Counted from the whole stretch's first letter, positions 49,631 through 61,250 are shown. The stretch is DNA of 63,002 nt, filler included, from 14 parts of 14 records of this genome joined end to end with filler, not necessarily neighbours in it, one strand, 5' to 3'. The notes: generated by a model from the sequence alone, not told the origin. Program-made: numbers and translations.

Positions 49631-50263
49631 TTACTCTTTTGCGGCTAACGCCAACATTTGCATCATAAACATCACCGAGGTCGCGCCGGGATCCTGGTGA
49701 CCAATACTGCGTTCACCGAGATAACTGGCGCGGCCTTTGCGGGCTTGCATCGTAATCGTACTTTGTGCAGCGGATTCGGCGATGCTACTGGCAGCTTCGA
49801 GCGCCACCGGAACAGAGAGATTTTGCTCGCTGGACTGACGTAACGATTCCACCACCGGCACCCACACATCACACATGGTTTTATCGCCAGGTTCGGCTTT
49901 CCCGCGACTGATTACGCCGTCCGCGCCATCGCGGAACATCTGATAAAGCTCTTCCAGTGTCAGGCTTTGCCGTGCCTGGGTCGCCTGTGCGGCGCGGATA
50001 AAGAAGGTACCGAACAGCGGACCACTGGCACCACCGACGCTGGAAAGCAGCGTCATACCGGTATTCTTGAGAATGAAACCGATATCTTTATCTGCGATAG
50101 CAGGGAGTTTTTCCACCACTTTGCTAAAGCCTCGGTTCATATTTAGCCCGTGGTCAGCATCGCCAATTTCGCGATCCAGTCCGGTAAGATACTCGCTCTC
50201 GGTGCTGAAAATATCGCCACAACGAGTGAGCCAGTTAACAATTTGAGTTCTGCTCAGTGACAT
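49631..50263 (-). CDS. dhaL: Dihydroxyacetone kinase subunit L, 210 aa
   Basis: LDREIGDADHG; GRASYLGERS; DPGA. Confidence 0.95.
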   Translation of the reverse strand: MSLSRTQIVNWLTRCGDIFSTESEYLTGLDREIGDADHGLNMNRGFSKVVEKLPAIADKDIGFILKNTGMTLLSSVGGASGPLFGTFFIRAAQATQARQSLTLEELYQMFRDGADGVISRGKAEPGDKTMCDVWVPVVESLRQSSEQNLSVPVALEAASSIAESAAQSTITMQARKGRASYLGERSIGHQDPGATSVMFMMQMLALAAKE

Positions 50264-50273
50264 TGCTTTCTCC

Positions 50274-50637
50274 TTATTTACCCCAGTTAAGGGCCGGGGT
50301 GTGGACCGGGGCGTCCCAGAGTGCCAGCGTTTCGTCATCAACTTTCAGTAAGGTGATTGAGAAACCGGTCATATCCAGTGAGGTGCAGTACGCGCCAATT
50401 AAATTACGTTCGATAGTCAATCCCGCTTGCTGGCAACGTGTGGTCAGGCGGTTATAGACGCCGTACAGCTCAGAAAGCGGAGTTGCGCCAAGATTGTTAA
50501 CCAGCGCAATCACCCGATCGCCAGACTGGAGCGGTTGTTTGGTTTGTTGTTCTTCCTGCCAACTGCCTTGTTGATAATCCCAGAAACGCAAAGTGCGATG
50601 GTATGAGCCATTTACCAGCAGGGTGTCGAACATTTCA
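50274..50637 (-). CDS. dhaK: Dihydroxyacetone kinase subunit K, 3' fragment
   Basis: VNNLGATPLSEL; TSLDMTGFSITL. Confidence 0.93.
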
Positions 50638-50737
50638 NNNNNNNNNNNNNNNNNNNNNNNNNNNNNNNNNNNNNNNNNNNNTTAATTAATTAANNNNNNN
50701 NNNNNNNNNNNNNNNNNNNNNNNNNNNNNNNNNNNNN

Positions 50738-50835
50738 CCTGATGCGCTACGCTTATCAGGCCTACGTTATTTCAGCAATATATTGAATTTACGTGCTTTT
50801 GTTGGCCGGACAAAGCGTTTACGCCGCATCCGGCA
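50738..50835. repeat. REP/BIME pair at contig start
   Basis: cctgatgcgctacgcttatcaggcctac ... ggccggacaaagcgtttacgccgcatccggca. Confidence 0.9.
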
Positions 50836-50864
50836 TGAACAAAGCACACGTTGTTAACAATCAG

Positions 50865-50891
50865 AAATGCCGGGAATAAATCCCGGCATTT
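50865..50891 (-). terminator. Hairpin after tsx
   Basis: aaatgccggga-ataaa-tcccggcattt. Confidence 0.7.
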
Positions 50892-50897
50892 TCATAA

Positions 50898-51782
50898 TCA
50901 GAAGTTGTAACCTACTACCAGGTAACCACCCCAGCCGGTAGAGCGAACGTTGAAGTTGCCGTTGCCGAAGTTCAGTTCTGCATCGTCGTTCCACTGACCA
51001 CCGTCGTGCCAGTAACGAGCTACGACAGAGTAGTGCCAGTGATCGTAGTTCAGAGCCAGAATATGGCTGGAAGCGATAGAGTTATTAGTACGGGTCTTAA
51101 TACCGTTGATTGCGTTACCGCTGTCATCCCCTAAATCGGAACCCCAGTCGAAGTTGGTGAAGCCGATGTAGCTCAGCTGACCGCCCCACAGATCGGTAAT
51201 CGGCACAAAGTATTTAATTTTGAAACGGTAACCGTCCCACTCGTTTTCGTTCGCTGCGCCATAGTTCTGCCACTGGTATTTCGCATAGACGTTCATGGAC
51301 AGGCTCATCGGCAGGCCAGTGTCGATATCGGTACCCAGACCCATGTACCAGGTGCTCTGGCGACCATCTTTATTACGACCCATGTCGTAAATGTAGTTGT
51401 TCGCGAAGTACCACTCTTTGAACGGACCGAAGCTAAGGTCAGTATTGGTCAGCTTGTCGATGGAGAAACGTGGTTCGATTTCCATAAACAGCGGAGAACC
51501 GTGGTTCCAGATACCTTTAGCATCGGAGTTACCGCCGAAGAATACCGGCGCATCCGCATAACCATAGAAGTCGAACCAGTCTTTTTTAGCGAATGCTTCG
51601 TACTCAAGGTAGGTATCGTTGCGGATCTGCGGTCCGAAACGGGTGTGATAGCTTCCGACAACGTTAACGCTCTGGTGCCACCAGTCGGAAAGATACTGCG
51701 GTTTGTCGTTTTCAGCTGCGTTGACAGTAAAAGACGAAGAGAGCGCCAGTACCGCACCGGCTGCCAGTAATGTTTTTTTCAT
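50898..51782 (-). CDS. tsx: Nucleoside-specific outer membrane channel / phage T6 receptor, 294 aa
   Basis: Signal peptide; YLEYEAF; C-terminal VGYNF; frame intact. Confidence 0.96.
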
Positions 51783-52080
51783 ATGTATGCCACTGTTTGA
51801 AAATCCCTTGCGGGAGTGAAAAAGGCGCAAATTGCGTTTCTAAATATTTCGTATACAGAGGAGCCTATTATAAAAATCATTGCTCACAAAAATATGTTTC
51901 GTTTCACAGTTCTATCATTTACGTAATCGATTGCGTTCACGTTTACACACATTCGGGCGGGGATTGTACTGACTTTCGCCCTTGTTGCAAACTTTTACTA
52001 TCAATCCAGGTGATGTAAGCAGAGTAACAAAATGACGGGGAAAGATGTTGCGGGACGCACAAAATCGTCCCGAAATACGT

Positions 52081-52620
52081 TTACTGCATAACAGGTTGAA
52101 TGTCGTGGATACGTACAAAGCCTAACTGATCCACAGAAATCCCCTTTAACTGTAACGGAATATCAACATCGCTGGGGGCGAGGACGCTGGCAGGGGCATT
52201 AATCAATTGATTCTGCACATTGATTTCCTGAAAGTTGTCTATTGTTCCCTGAATTTGCCCATATTCAACAGTTCCGCTGAATGCGGGCAAGGGATCATTC
52301 GACTCACCCTGAATACGTAGTGTAAGGGTGGTGCCATCTGCATCAGGCGTAATATTCACCAGCGACATACGTAAAGTACCGATCTGGCTTTCCAGTCTTG
52401 CCGGTGTTTTCGCTCCAGGCAGAAGGTAAACCCCACTGCTGGATTTTGCATTCAGCCTGTTTTGCTGAGTGATTTTGACTGTTTCTTGATTGAGTTGCGT
52501 CATCTCCTGGTTCAGCGTGCTGACGCTGTGTTTCATCTGTCGCACTTCACTTTGCTGCACACAGGCGCTAAGGCTGAACAGGCTTCCCAGCAGGAGCAGT
52601 CGAAAAACGTTAGTATTCAT
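52081..52620 (-). CDS. yajI: Lipoprotein YajI, 179 aa
   Basis: Lipobox LSAC; synteny tsx-yajI-nrdR. Confidence 0.9.
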   Translation of the reverse strand: MNTNVFRLLLLGSLFSLSACVQQSEVRQMKHSVSTLNQEMTQLNQETVKITQQNRLNAKSSSGVYLLPGAKTPARLESQIGTLRMSLVNITPDADGTTLTLRIQGESNDPLPAFSGTVEYGQIQGTIDNFQEINVQNQLINAPASVLAPSDVDIPLQLKGISVDQLGFVRIHDIQPVMQ

Positions 52621-52734
52621 AGGTCGTCCCTTTCTCGTCGCAATTAGCCTAATGGTAGAGGGTAAAAGCAGCGAAAGCATCGATCCTTTATCTCAAAAGC
52701 GTTGCGCCTTTGTTGTATCGTCAGTTCAGGGTAA

Positions 52735-53220
<486 letters not shown>

Positions 53221-53223
53221 GCC

Positions 53224-54327
53224 GTGCAGGACGAGTATTACATGGCGCGGGCGCTAAAGCTGGCGCAACGAGGACGTTTTACCACGCATCCCAACCCGAA
53301 TGTCGGGTGCGTCATTGTCAAAGATGGCGAAATTGTCGGTGAAGGTTACCACCAACGTGCGGGTGAACCACATGCCGAAGTACACGCGTTGCGTATGGCG
53401 GGTGAAAAAGCCAAAGGTGCGACCGCCTATGTCACACTCGAACCCTGTAGCCATCATGGTCGTACGCCACCGTGCTGTGACGCACTCATCGCCGCTGGCG
53501 TAGCGCGCGTGGTTGCCTCGATGCAAGATCCTAACCCGCAGGTCGCTGGGCGTGGACTTTACCGTCTGCAACAGGCTGGCATTGACGTCAGCCACGGCCT
53601 GATGATGAGTGAAGCCGAGCAATTGAATAAAGGCTTTCTCAAGCGGATGCGCACCGGCTTTCCTTATATTCAGTTAAAACTTGGCGCATCGCTTGATGGT
53701 CGCACGGCGATGGCGAGCGGCGAAAGCCAGTGGATCACTTCGCCCCAGGCGCGGCGTGATGTACAACTACTGCGCGCGCAAAGTCATGCCATTTTAACCA
53801 GCAGCGCCACGGTGCTGGCGGATGATCCTGCCTTAACGGTGCGTTGGTCTGAACTGGATGAACAAACTCAGGCGCTCTATCCGCAACAAAATCTCCGTCA
53901 GCCGATACGTATTGTGATTGATAGCCAAAATCGCGTGACGCCGGTACATCGCATTGTGCAGCAGCCCGGCGAAACCTGGTTCGCGCGTACGCAGGAAGAT
54001 TCTCGTGAGTGGCCGGAAACGGTGCGTACCTTGCTGATTCCAGAGCATAAAGGTCATCTGGATCTGGTTGTACTGATGATGCAACTGGGTAAACAGCAAA
54101 TTAACAGCATCTGGGTGGAAGCGGGGCCAACGCTCGCTGGCGCATTGCTGCAGGCGGGTTTAGTCGATGAGCTGATTGTCTATATCGCACCTAAACTATT
54201 AGGCAGCGACGCCCGCGGATTATGCACGCTGCCAGGGCTTGAGAAATTAGCCGACGCCCCCCAATTTAAATTCAAAGAGATACGTCATGTAGGCCCGGAT
54301 GTTTGCCTGCATTTAGTGGGTGCATGA
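53224..54327 (+). CDS. ribD: Riboflavin biosynthesis deaminase/reductase (GTG start)
   Basis: HAE and LEPCSHHGRTPPC motifs. Confidence 0.97.
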   Translation: MQDEYYMARALKLAQRGRFTTHPNPNVGCVIVKDGEIVGEGYHQRAGEPHAEVHALRMAGEKAKGATAYVTLEPCSHHGRTPPCCDALIAAGVARVVASMQDPNPQVAGRGLYRLQQAGIDVSHGLMMSEAEQLNKGFLKRMRTGFPYIQLKLGASLDGRTAMASGESQWITSPQARRDVQLLRAQSHAILTSSATVLADDPALTVRWSELDEQTQALYPQQNLRQPIRIVIDSQNRVTPVHRIVQQPGETWFARTQEDSREWPETVRTLLIPEHKGHLDLVVLMMQLGKQQINSIWVEAGPTLAGALLQAGLVDELIVYIAPKLLGSDARGLCTLPGLEKLADAPQFKFKEIRHVGPDVCLHLVGA

Positions 54328-54483
54328 TCTCCCGGCTCGAAAGGGAAGCAGCGCACGAAATATTATGCTAAAATCCGCCCCCCNNNNNNNNNNNNNNNNN
54401 NNNNNNNNNNNNNNNNNNNNNNNNNNNTTAATTAATTAANNNNNNNNNNNNNNNNNNNNNNNNNNNNNNNNNNNNNNNNNNNN

Positions 54484-54628
54484 TTAAATCGATATCGGTA
54501 CGCAATTCCAGCAAGCCACTGGCGCGAATAGCTTCTTCAACCGTCGCGCCCTCCTGCAGCGTCACTCGCTGCAGGTACTGCTTCTCAGGTAGCGCATAAG
54601 CCACCTCAACGGCAATTTTACCTGGCAC
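54484..54628 (-). CDS. ratB: RnfH-family protein RatB/PasI, 5' fragment (GTG start)
   Basis: [18 protein letters not shown]. Confidence 0.88.
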
Positions 54629-55094
54629 TGTAAACCTCTTTCGCACGAACCGTAAAAGCCTGGACCATATTAGCCGCCAGCTCTTTAAACACGCGACCAA
54701 AGGCGAGTTCAATCAACTTATTGGTAAACTCAAAGTCGAGATGAAACTCGATACGACACGCCTCCTGGCTCAGCGGCGTAAACTTCCATCCACCAATCAA
54801 TTTCTTGAACGGCCCATCCACCAGATTCATAAGAATACTTTGGTTACTGGTCAACTGGTTGCGGGTAGTAAACGTTTTGCTGATCCCAGCCTTAGAGACA
54901 TCTACCGCCGCAGTCATCTGCCCAGGAGTGGACTCCAGAATCCGACTTCCGGTACAACCCGGCAAAAACTGAGGATAAGACTGAACGTCATTCACTAACT
55001 GATACATTTGCTCCGCGCTGTAGGGTACCAGTGCGGTCCGGCTAATCTGAGGCATAACAATTTCCATCAACAAAAATCCAACAAATAATATCAT
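54618..55094 (-). CDS. ratA: START/Coq10-like protein RatA/PasT (true start may be the internal MPQIS)
   Basis: [23 protein letters not shown]. Confidence 0.92.
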   Translation of the reverse strand: MILFVGFLLMEIVMPQISRTALVPYSAEQMYQLVNDVQSYPQFLPGCTGSRILESTPGQMTAAVDVSKAGISKTFTTRNQLTSNQSILMNLVDGPFKKLIGGWKFTPLSQEACRIEFHLDFEFTNKLIELAFGRVFKELAANMVQAFTVRAKEVYSAR

Positions 55095-55225
55095 TTATCC
55101 TGCTGTAAAAAAAACGCTATCCCGGCGCTGGGTAACATCGGGTTCATGCTAAGATAGAGCCTTGTCCCCCGCAGGATTGATATGGGGTGTTTTCGATTTC
55201 AGATTACCGATGATTCACGACGCTT

Positions 55226-55708
55226 ATGACGAAGAAAAAAGCACATAAACCTGGTTCAGCGACCATCGCGCTTAACAAGCGCGCCCGTCACGAATACTTT
55301 ATCGAAGAAGAGTTCGAAGCGGGACTTGCCCTGCAAGGCTGGGAAGTTAAATCCCTGCGCGCAGGAAAAGCCAATATCAGCGACAGCTACGTCCTTCTGC
55401 GTGACGGAGAGGCATTTCTGTTTGGCGCTAACATCACGCCAATGGCCGTGGCCTCCACGCATGTGGTGTGCGATCCTACCCGTACCCGCAAGTTACTTCT
55501 CAACCAGCGCGAACTGGACTCATTGTACGGTCGCGTCAATCGAGAAGGCTATACCGTAGTGGCGCTCTCCCTGTACTGGAAAAATGCCTGGTGCAAAGTG
55601 AAAATCGGCGTCGCCAAAGGTAAGAAACAGCACGATAAACGTTCAGATATCAAAGAGCGCGAATGGCAGGTGGATAAAGCACGTATCATGAAAAACGCCC
55701 ACCGTTAA
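55226..55708 (+). CDS. smpB: SsrA-binding protein
   Basis: [24 protein letters not shown]. Confidence 0.98.
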
Positions 55709-55922
55709 ACCTGCACTCCAATTATTGACCAGTTCCTCACCGCGCCTCCCTCTCCGGCGGCGCGAATGAACATCTTATTGGCTATCACATCCGACACAAA
55801 TGTTGCCATCCCATTGCTTAATCGAATAAAAATCAGGCTACATGGGTGCTAAATCTTTAACGATAACGCCATTGAGGCTGGTCATGGCGCTCATAAATCT
55901 GGTATACTTACCTTTACACATT

Positions 55923-56285
55923 GGGGCTGATTCTGGATTCGACGGGATTTGCGAAACCCAAGGTGCATGCCGAGGGGCGGTTGGCCTCGTAAAAAGCCGC
56001 AAAAAATAGTCGCAAACGACGAAAACTACGCTTTAGCAGCTTAATAACCTGCTTAGAGCCCTCTCTCCCTAGCCTCCGCTCTTAGGACGGGGATCAAGAG
56101 AGGTCAAACCCAAAAGAGATCGCGTGGAAGCCCTGCCTGGGGTTGAAGCGTTAAAACTTAATCAGGCTAGTTTGTTAGTGGCGTGTCCGTCCGCAGCTGG
56201 CAAGCGAATGTAAAGACTGACTAAGCATGTAGTACCGAGGATGTAGGAATTTCGGACGCGGGTTCAACTCCCGCCAGCTCCACCA
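55923..56285 (+). ncRNA. ssrA: tmRNA, 363 nt; tag reading frame ANDENYALAA* at 56012-56044
   Basis: GGGGCTGATTCTGGATTCGACGG 5' end; ...CAGCTCCACCA 3' end; tag peptide. Confidence 0.99.
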
Positions 56286-56328
56286 AAATTCTCCATCGGT
56301 GATTACCAGAGTCATCCGATGAAGTCCT

Positions 56329-56364
56329 AAGAGCCCGCACGGCGCAAGCCCTGCGGGCTTTTTT
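56329..56364 (+). terminator. Terminator after ssrA
   Basis: gcccgca...tgcgggc followed by a T-run. Confidence 0.75.
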
Positions 56365-56488
56365 GTGCCCTCAATTTGTCCCGCGAAGTCCGAAGAGAAC
56401 TAATTAAATCCGAACCTTTTAGGCCCATTGATAGGCCCAACGAAAAGCTCTATTGTTTACGTTGGGCCTAAACGCAGGGAGACTCCCC

Positions 56489-57730
56489 ATGGCAAGAAAA
56501 ACCAAGCCGTTAACTGATACGGAAATCAAAGCCGCCAAACCTAAAGATGCCGATTACCAGCTTTATGACGGTGACGGGCTTACTCTGTTAATCAAGTCCA
56601 GTGGCAGTAAGCTTTGGCAATTCCGTTACTATCGGCCTTTGACCAAGCAGCGAACCAAACAGAGCTTCGGTGCCTATCCTGCCGTCTCGCTTTCTGATGC
56701 ACGTAAACTCAGAGCCGAATCTAAAGTTTTATTGGCGAAAGACATTGATCCTCAGGAACATCAGAAAGAACAGGTGAGGAATTCTCAAGAGGCCAAAACC
56801 AATACCTTCTTGTTAGTTGCCGAGCGTTGGTGGAATGTGAAGAAAACCAGCGTAACAGAGGACTATGCCGACGATATCTGGCGCTCGCTTGAGAGAGATA
56901 TTTTCCCGGCAATCGGTGATATCAGTATCACTGAGATTAAGGCTCATACTCTGGTTAAAGCAGTTCAGCCGGTTCAGGCCAGAGGTGCATTAGAGACTGT
57001 TCGCCGCCTTTGTCAGCGTATTAACGAAGTCATGATTTATGCGCAGAACACAGGCCTGATTGATGCTGTTCCTAGTGTAAATATCGGAAAAGCTTTCGAG
57101 AAACCGCAAAAGAAAAACATGCCAAGCATCCGGCCGGATCAACTTCCGCAGCTAATGCACACCATGCGTACGGCAAGTATCAGCATGTCCACAAGATGCC
57201 TGTTCATGTGGCAACTTCTAACCATCACCCGCCCTGCCGAAGCTGCTGAGGCTCGATGGGATGAGATCGATTTCAATGCTAGCGAATGGAAAATTCCTGC
57301 AGCTCGAATGAAGATGAACCGGGACCATACGGTTCCACTATCTGATGGGGCTCTTGCTATTCTGGAAATGATGAAGCCTCTCAGTGGTGGCCGAGAATTT
57401 ATCTTTCCTAGCCGTATCAAGCCCAACCAACCAATGAATAGCCAAACAGTGAATGCAGCACTCAAGCGTGCTGGCTTAGGAGGTGTACTTGTTTCACACG
57501 GCTTGCGTTCTATCGCCAGTACGGCACTCAATGAGGAAGGATTTCCACCTGATGTCATTGAAGCAGCGCTTGCTCATGTAGACAAAAATGAGGTGCGTCG
57601 CGCTTATAACCGCAGTGATTATCTTGAGCAACGTCGTCCGATGATGCAATGGTGGGCTGATCTCGTAAAAGCAGCAGATAGTGGTAGCATCGTTTTAACT
57701 CATTTGAGCAAAATTCGTCTTGTCGGATAA
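56489..57730 (+). CDS. intA: P4-family tyrosine integrase IntA (SlpA), 413 aa
   Basis: Arm-binding LYDGDGL; catalytic R, HGLR, LAH and AYNR. Confidence 0.92.
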   Translation: MARKTKPLTDTEIKAAKPKDADYQLYDGDGLTLLIKSSGSKLWQFRYYRPLTKQRTKQSFGAYPAVSLSDARKLRAESKVLLAKDIDPQEHQKEQVRNSQEAKTNTFLLVAERWWNVKKTSVTEDYADDIWRSLERDIFPAIGDISITEIKAHTLVKAVQPVQARGALETVRRLCQRINEVMIYAQNTGLIDAVPSVNIGKAFEKPQKKNMPSIRPDQLPQLMHTMRTASISMSTRCLFMWQLLTITRPAEAAEARWDEIDFNASEWKIPAARMKMNRDHTVPLSDGALAILEMMKPLSGGREFIFPSRIKPNQPMNSQTVNAALKRAGLGGVLVSHGLRSIASTALNEEGFPPDVIEAALAHVDKNEVRRAYNRSDYLEQRRPMMQWWADLVKAADSGSIVLTHLSKIRLVG

Positions 57731-57940
57731 AATATTTATCAGCCCAGCTCTCTGGGCTGATATTTCTAAAAGATCGCACTAAATAGCTACGCGGAATAGT
57801 GCTCTACTTTCGTTTAGCCCTTTCAGAGGTAAGACATTAGNNNNNNNNNNNNNNNNNNNNNNNNNNNNNNNNNNNNNNNNNNNNTTAATTAATTAANNNN
57901 NNNNNNNNNNNNNNNNNNNNNNNNNNNNNNNNNNNNNNNN

Positions 57941-57971
57941 CCTTCCTGCAACTCGAATTATTTAGAGTATA
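57941..57971 (-). repeat. Terminal fragment of an ERIC/IRU element at the contig edge
   Basis: Minus strand tatactctaaataattcgagttgcaggaagg matches the ERIC end. Confidence 0.65.
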
Positions 57972-58023
57972 TAAATATAAAAATCAGGAAATGGCAGACG
58001 AATCCAGGGCAAGAAAAAAAGAA

Positions 58024-58071
58024 TTAATCCTGGAAAGGTCTGCAAAGAGTCATTGATAAAGGATTTGTCAT
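58024..58071 (-). CDS. Candidate 15-aa small ORF MTNPLSMTLCRPFQD
   Basis: Perfect AAGGAGGT Shine-Dalgarno at 58084-58077, 5 nt before the ATG. Confidence 0.4.
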   Translation of the reverse strand: MTNPLSMTLCRPFQD

Positions 58072-58148
58072 GATTTACCTCCTTGCAGTTTGTGGAATCA
58101 GAAAACGCGCACATACCAGGCGGGCGTTATTTTCATTGCAAGCTGGAT

Positions 58149-58601
58149 TTAATGTTGCGGTTTATATCGCATATAAAAATTAGTAAACCACGCTCCCCGG
58201 CATTCAACGCGCTGCTGCTTAACTGTCTGAAAACCATAACGTTCAAAAAAGGGTTTTGCGGTTATGCTTGCGTCCACCGTAAGTTCGGATTCAGACTTAA
58301 TCAAAGGTTTTAACAAAGCGCTGGCAACCCCACGGCGGGTGTATTCAGGGTCAACAAATAACATATCGATATAATGTTCAATGCGGGAAATAAAACCAAC
58401 CGGTTGTGCATTAATGATCGCAACCCACACTTGTGATTTCGCGAGTTTCTCCTTCCAGCGAGATTCGTCAATCTGCGCCCAGGCGGAAATTTGTTGTGGT
58501 GAATAATGCTGACTGGCGGTCATCGTAACCGCTCTAATGAAAATAGCGCATAGTTGCTGAAAATCGCCAGGCTGATAGTTTCTTATTTGTATGTTATTCA
58601 T
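58149..58601 (-). CDS. yafP: GNAT acetyltransferase YafP
   Basis: LFVDPEYTRRGVA; FFERYGF. Confidence 0.92.
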   Translation of the reverse strand: MNNIQIRNYQPGDFQQLCAIFIRAVTMTASQHYSPQQISAWAQIDESRWKEKLAKSQVWVAIINAQPVGFISRIEHYIDMLFVDPEYTRRGVASALLKPLIKSESELTVDASITAKPFFERYGFQTVKQQRVECRGAWFTNFYMRYKPQH

Positions 58602-58610
58602 AATATAAAT

Positions 58611-59009
58611 TCAAAAACGCATGCGAAACGCTTCTGCCATTTTCCCAATTTTATGCATTTGGTTGTTATCTCGAGCCAGTTTATGAGGTTCAGGTTTCAG
58701 AATGGCAATGAGCAACCATGCTTGCTCATCAAACGCCCCCTGACAATATACCAAATGCGCTTCGTCATTCGTTCTGCTGAATTGGCGCAACTGTGGCGGA
58801 AATGGATTATTCTCATTTGCCAGATGAATATGAGCAACTCGCTCAAATTTGATTAATGGCCAGGTAAAGGAGTCGTCGTAGAGTGCATCGCGACCAAATA
58901 TATCTGGCAAAACACCGTCACGCTTATAGGAAATAAAATCCGCCGTTAACGCATCAAGTTCCTCTGCTGTAAGTTGCAGGCGAATAAGTTTTGTTTTGAA
59001 TACCCGCAT
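58611..59009 (-). CDS. yafO: Type II toxin YafO (ribosome-dependent mRNase)
   Basis: 132 aa; FGRD, HIHL, RTNDEAHLVY. Confidence 0.93.
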   Translation of the reverse strand: MRVFKTKLIRLQLTAEELDALTADFISYKRDGVLPDIFGRDALYDDSFTWPLIKFERVAHIHLANENNPFPPQLRQFSRTNDEAHLVYCQGAFDEQAWLLIAILKPEPHKLARDNNQMHKIGKMAEAFRMRF

Positions 59010-59011
59010 CC

Positions 59012-59305
59012 TTATTCCTTAAAGTCATTGAAATCATCATCCGTCATATCATTAAGATATTGTTCAGCGCGGCGTGTAATTTCCTCTAATCTTGCAGCAC
59101 TTGGACGGAAGCGCGCCTTTATGGGCTTTTTCTCCTCTTGTTCAGCAAGCATGTCCATTAACGCTTCGAATGCGCTGGCACTTAAGAGATATCCTGCGGG
59201 GCGATTATTAGAAAGAACCGCAACCGGTTGATCAATAAAGTATTTAGCTGGGTTTTTACGTAACTCAGTGATATTGACCGATTTTTCAGCGAGAATTCGA
59301 TGCAT
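59012..59305 (-). CDS. yafN: Antitoxin YafN (Phd/YefM family)
   Basis: ITELRKNP; PVAVLSNNRPAGYLL. Confidence 0.93.
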   Translation of the reverse strand: MHRILAEKSVNITELRKNPAKYFIDQPVAVLSNNRPAGYLLSASAFEALMDMLAEQEEKKPIKARFRPSAARLEEITRRAEQYLNDMTDDDFNDFKE

Positions 59306-59356
59306 ACAGTGATACCCTCATAATAATGCACACCAGAATATACATAATAGTATACA

Positions 59357-60412
59357 TCATAATCCCAGCACCAGTTGTCTTTCCATTTGCGGGTCAAGCA
59401 ACGTCACATGCAGCCCCACCAGACGCACACCGCGCCCGCCGCGGCGTTCATCCCAGGTTTTACGCGCGGTGGCGATTAGATCAGCTTTATTCAGCCGCGG
59501 CCAGACGTGCTCCTGGGTGGTTTGCTGAAAATCGTCGAACTTTAATTTCACCCCCTGGCGAGCAATCAGTAAATCAGGTTTTACCTTTGCCAGACGGCGT
59601 TCAAGTTCCGGATACAGCCGCTCGATAATCGCTTCACATTCAGACCAGTGATGAATATCTTCCGCCATCGTGCGTTCCACGCCGACGGATTTTCGCAACC
59701 GTTCGCTGTTAACATCGCGTTCGTCAATCCCCTGACTACGCTCCCACAAAATGCGGCCAAATTTGCCAAAGCGTTTAAGCAGCATCACCAGATCACACTT
59801 TTGTACATCACCGCAGGTCCGCAGCCCCATCGCTTCCAGTTTTGCCGCTGAGACTTTGCCGACGCCGGGGATTTTTGCCAGCGGTAAGGTTTGTAAAAAT
59901 GCCGGAACTTCTGCCGGCGTAATCACAAACTGGCCGTTGGGTTTATTCATGTCGGAGGCGATTTTGGCGAGAAACTTTACTGGTGCCACGCCCGCAGACG
60001 CCGTCAGTTGCAGCTCGTTGAAGATTGTCTGGCGGATTTCCTGGGCGATGAGGGTCGCAGAACCGTGGCAATGGACGCTATCGGTGACATCGAGATAAGC
60101 CTCATCCAGTGACAACGGTTCAATGCGCGAGGTGTAGCGCGAGAAGATTTCACGGATATGATTTGAGGCTTCTTTGTAGGCGTCAAAGCGCCCCGGAAGC
60201 AAGGTGAGATGTGGGCATAATTTGAGCGCCATCCCTGTCGGCATAGCGCTACGTACGCCAAATTTACGCGCGGGATAATTGGCGGTGCTGATCACCCCCC
60301 GACGTTCGCGGCTGCCGCCAATAGCAATAGGGATATCGCGCAGGGCGGGATTGTCGCGCATCTCCACTGCGGCGAAAAAGCAGTCCATATCCACATGAAT
60401 GATTTTACGCAT
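59357..60412 (-). CDS. dinB: DNA polymerase IV
   Basis: [20 protein letters not shown]; clamp-binding QLVLGL. Confidence 0.98.
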
Positions 60413-60428
60413 TGCTCACCTCTCAACA

Positions 60429-60444
60429 CTGGTAAAGTATACAG
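60429..60444. promoter_or_regulatory. LexA (SOS) box of dinB
   Basis: CTGGTAAAGTATACAG = CTG-N10-CAG. Confidence 0.85.
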
Positions 60445-60482
60445 TGATTTCAGGGTTTGAGAAATGCGTAAAGATTCAGCAT

Positions 60483-61250
60483 TTAACGCGTTCGCTGCGA
60501 AAGCACCTGCTGCTTATCCAGCTTTTGCACCAGCGGCTGCACCACTTTATCCCCATGCTGACCAAAGTATTGATACAGCGTATCGGACGCACTTTTGGTC
60601 AGCACCATAATCTCAATGCGCCGGTTGCCCGCGCTTTGCGGATTTTTGGAATCCAGCAGCATCTGGTCCGCCATTGCGCTTACCTGCATCACTTTATCTT
60701 CCGGCATTCCGGCCTCTTCCAGCACCCGACGAGCCGAAAGCGCGCGGTCACCCGAAAGGTTCCAGTTGTTGTAGATATTGTTTTTGTAGGCCATCGCATC
60801 GGTATGCCCGGTAATAATAATTTTATTATCGAGCGAGTCGAACACTGGCGCGAGCTCCACCAGCAGCGTTTTAAAGAACGGCATAATCTTCGCGCTGCCG
60901 CGTTCAAACATATTGCGGTTCTGGTCGTCTTTAATCAGCACGCGTAATCCCTGGGGAACAATCTCCATCTCCAGATTCGCTTCCATATGCGCATCACGGG
61001 CAATGGTGTTGATACTGGTTGCCAGCTCACCAAGCTCGGTGGCGGATTTCTTCTTCAGCAGCGCCGTTTTCTCATTCACATCACGCGCTTTTTTCTCCGT
61101 CTCTTCCGGCACCGCCACGGTGGCAGGTTTTGGCGGATGAGACGGGCTGATTTTATTTAACGGCGACAGCCCACCACCGTTAAAAATCGACTGCCCGTGC
61201 AGCGCGGCGATAATGCTTTCACGCTCGGATTTACTGACGCTGTTGACAAT
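60483..61250 (-). pseudogene. lafU: 5'-truncated lateral flagellar motor MotB homologue (mbhA)
   Basis: OmpA-like domain GHTD...NWNLSGDRA...NRRIEI present; N-terminal TM segment missing. Confidence 0.88.

Larger units (their letters stand above)
56286..57840 (+). mobile_element. Left end of a P4-like cryptic prophage at ssrA (CP4-57), truncated by the contig end
   Basis: P4-type integrase directly 3' of tmRNA; matches the recalled K-12 arrangement. Confidence 0.85.

Noticed and set aside
58149-60412. dinB-yafN-yafO-yafP as a novel SOS-linked toxin system
   Set aside because: Well-characterised E. coli operon
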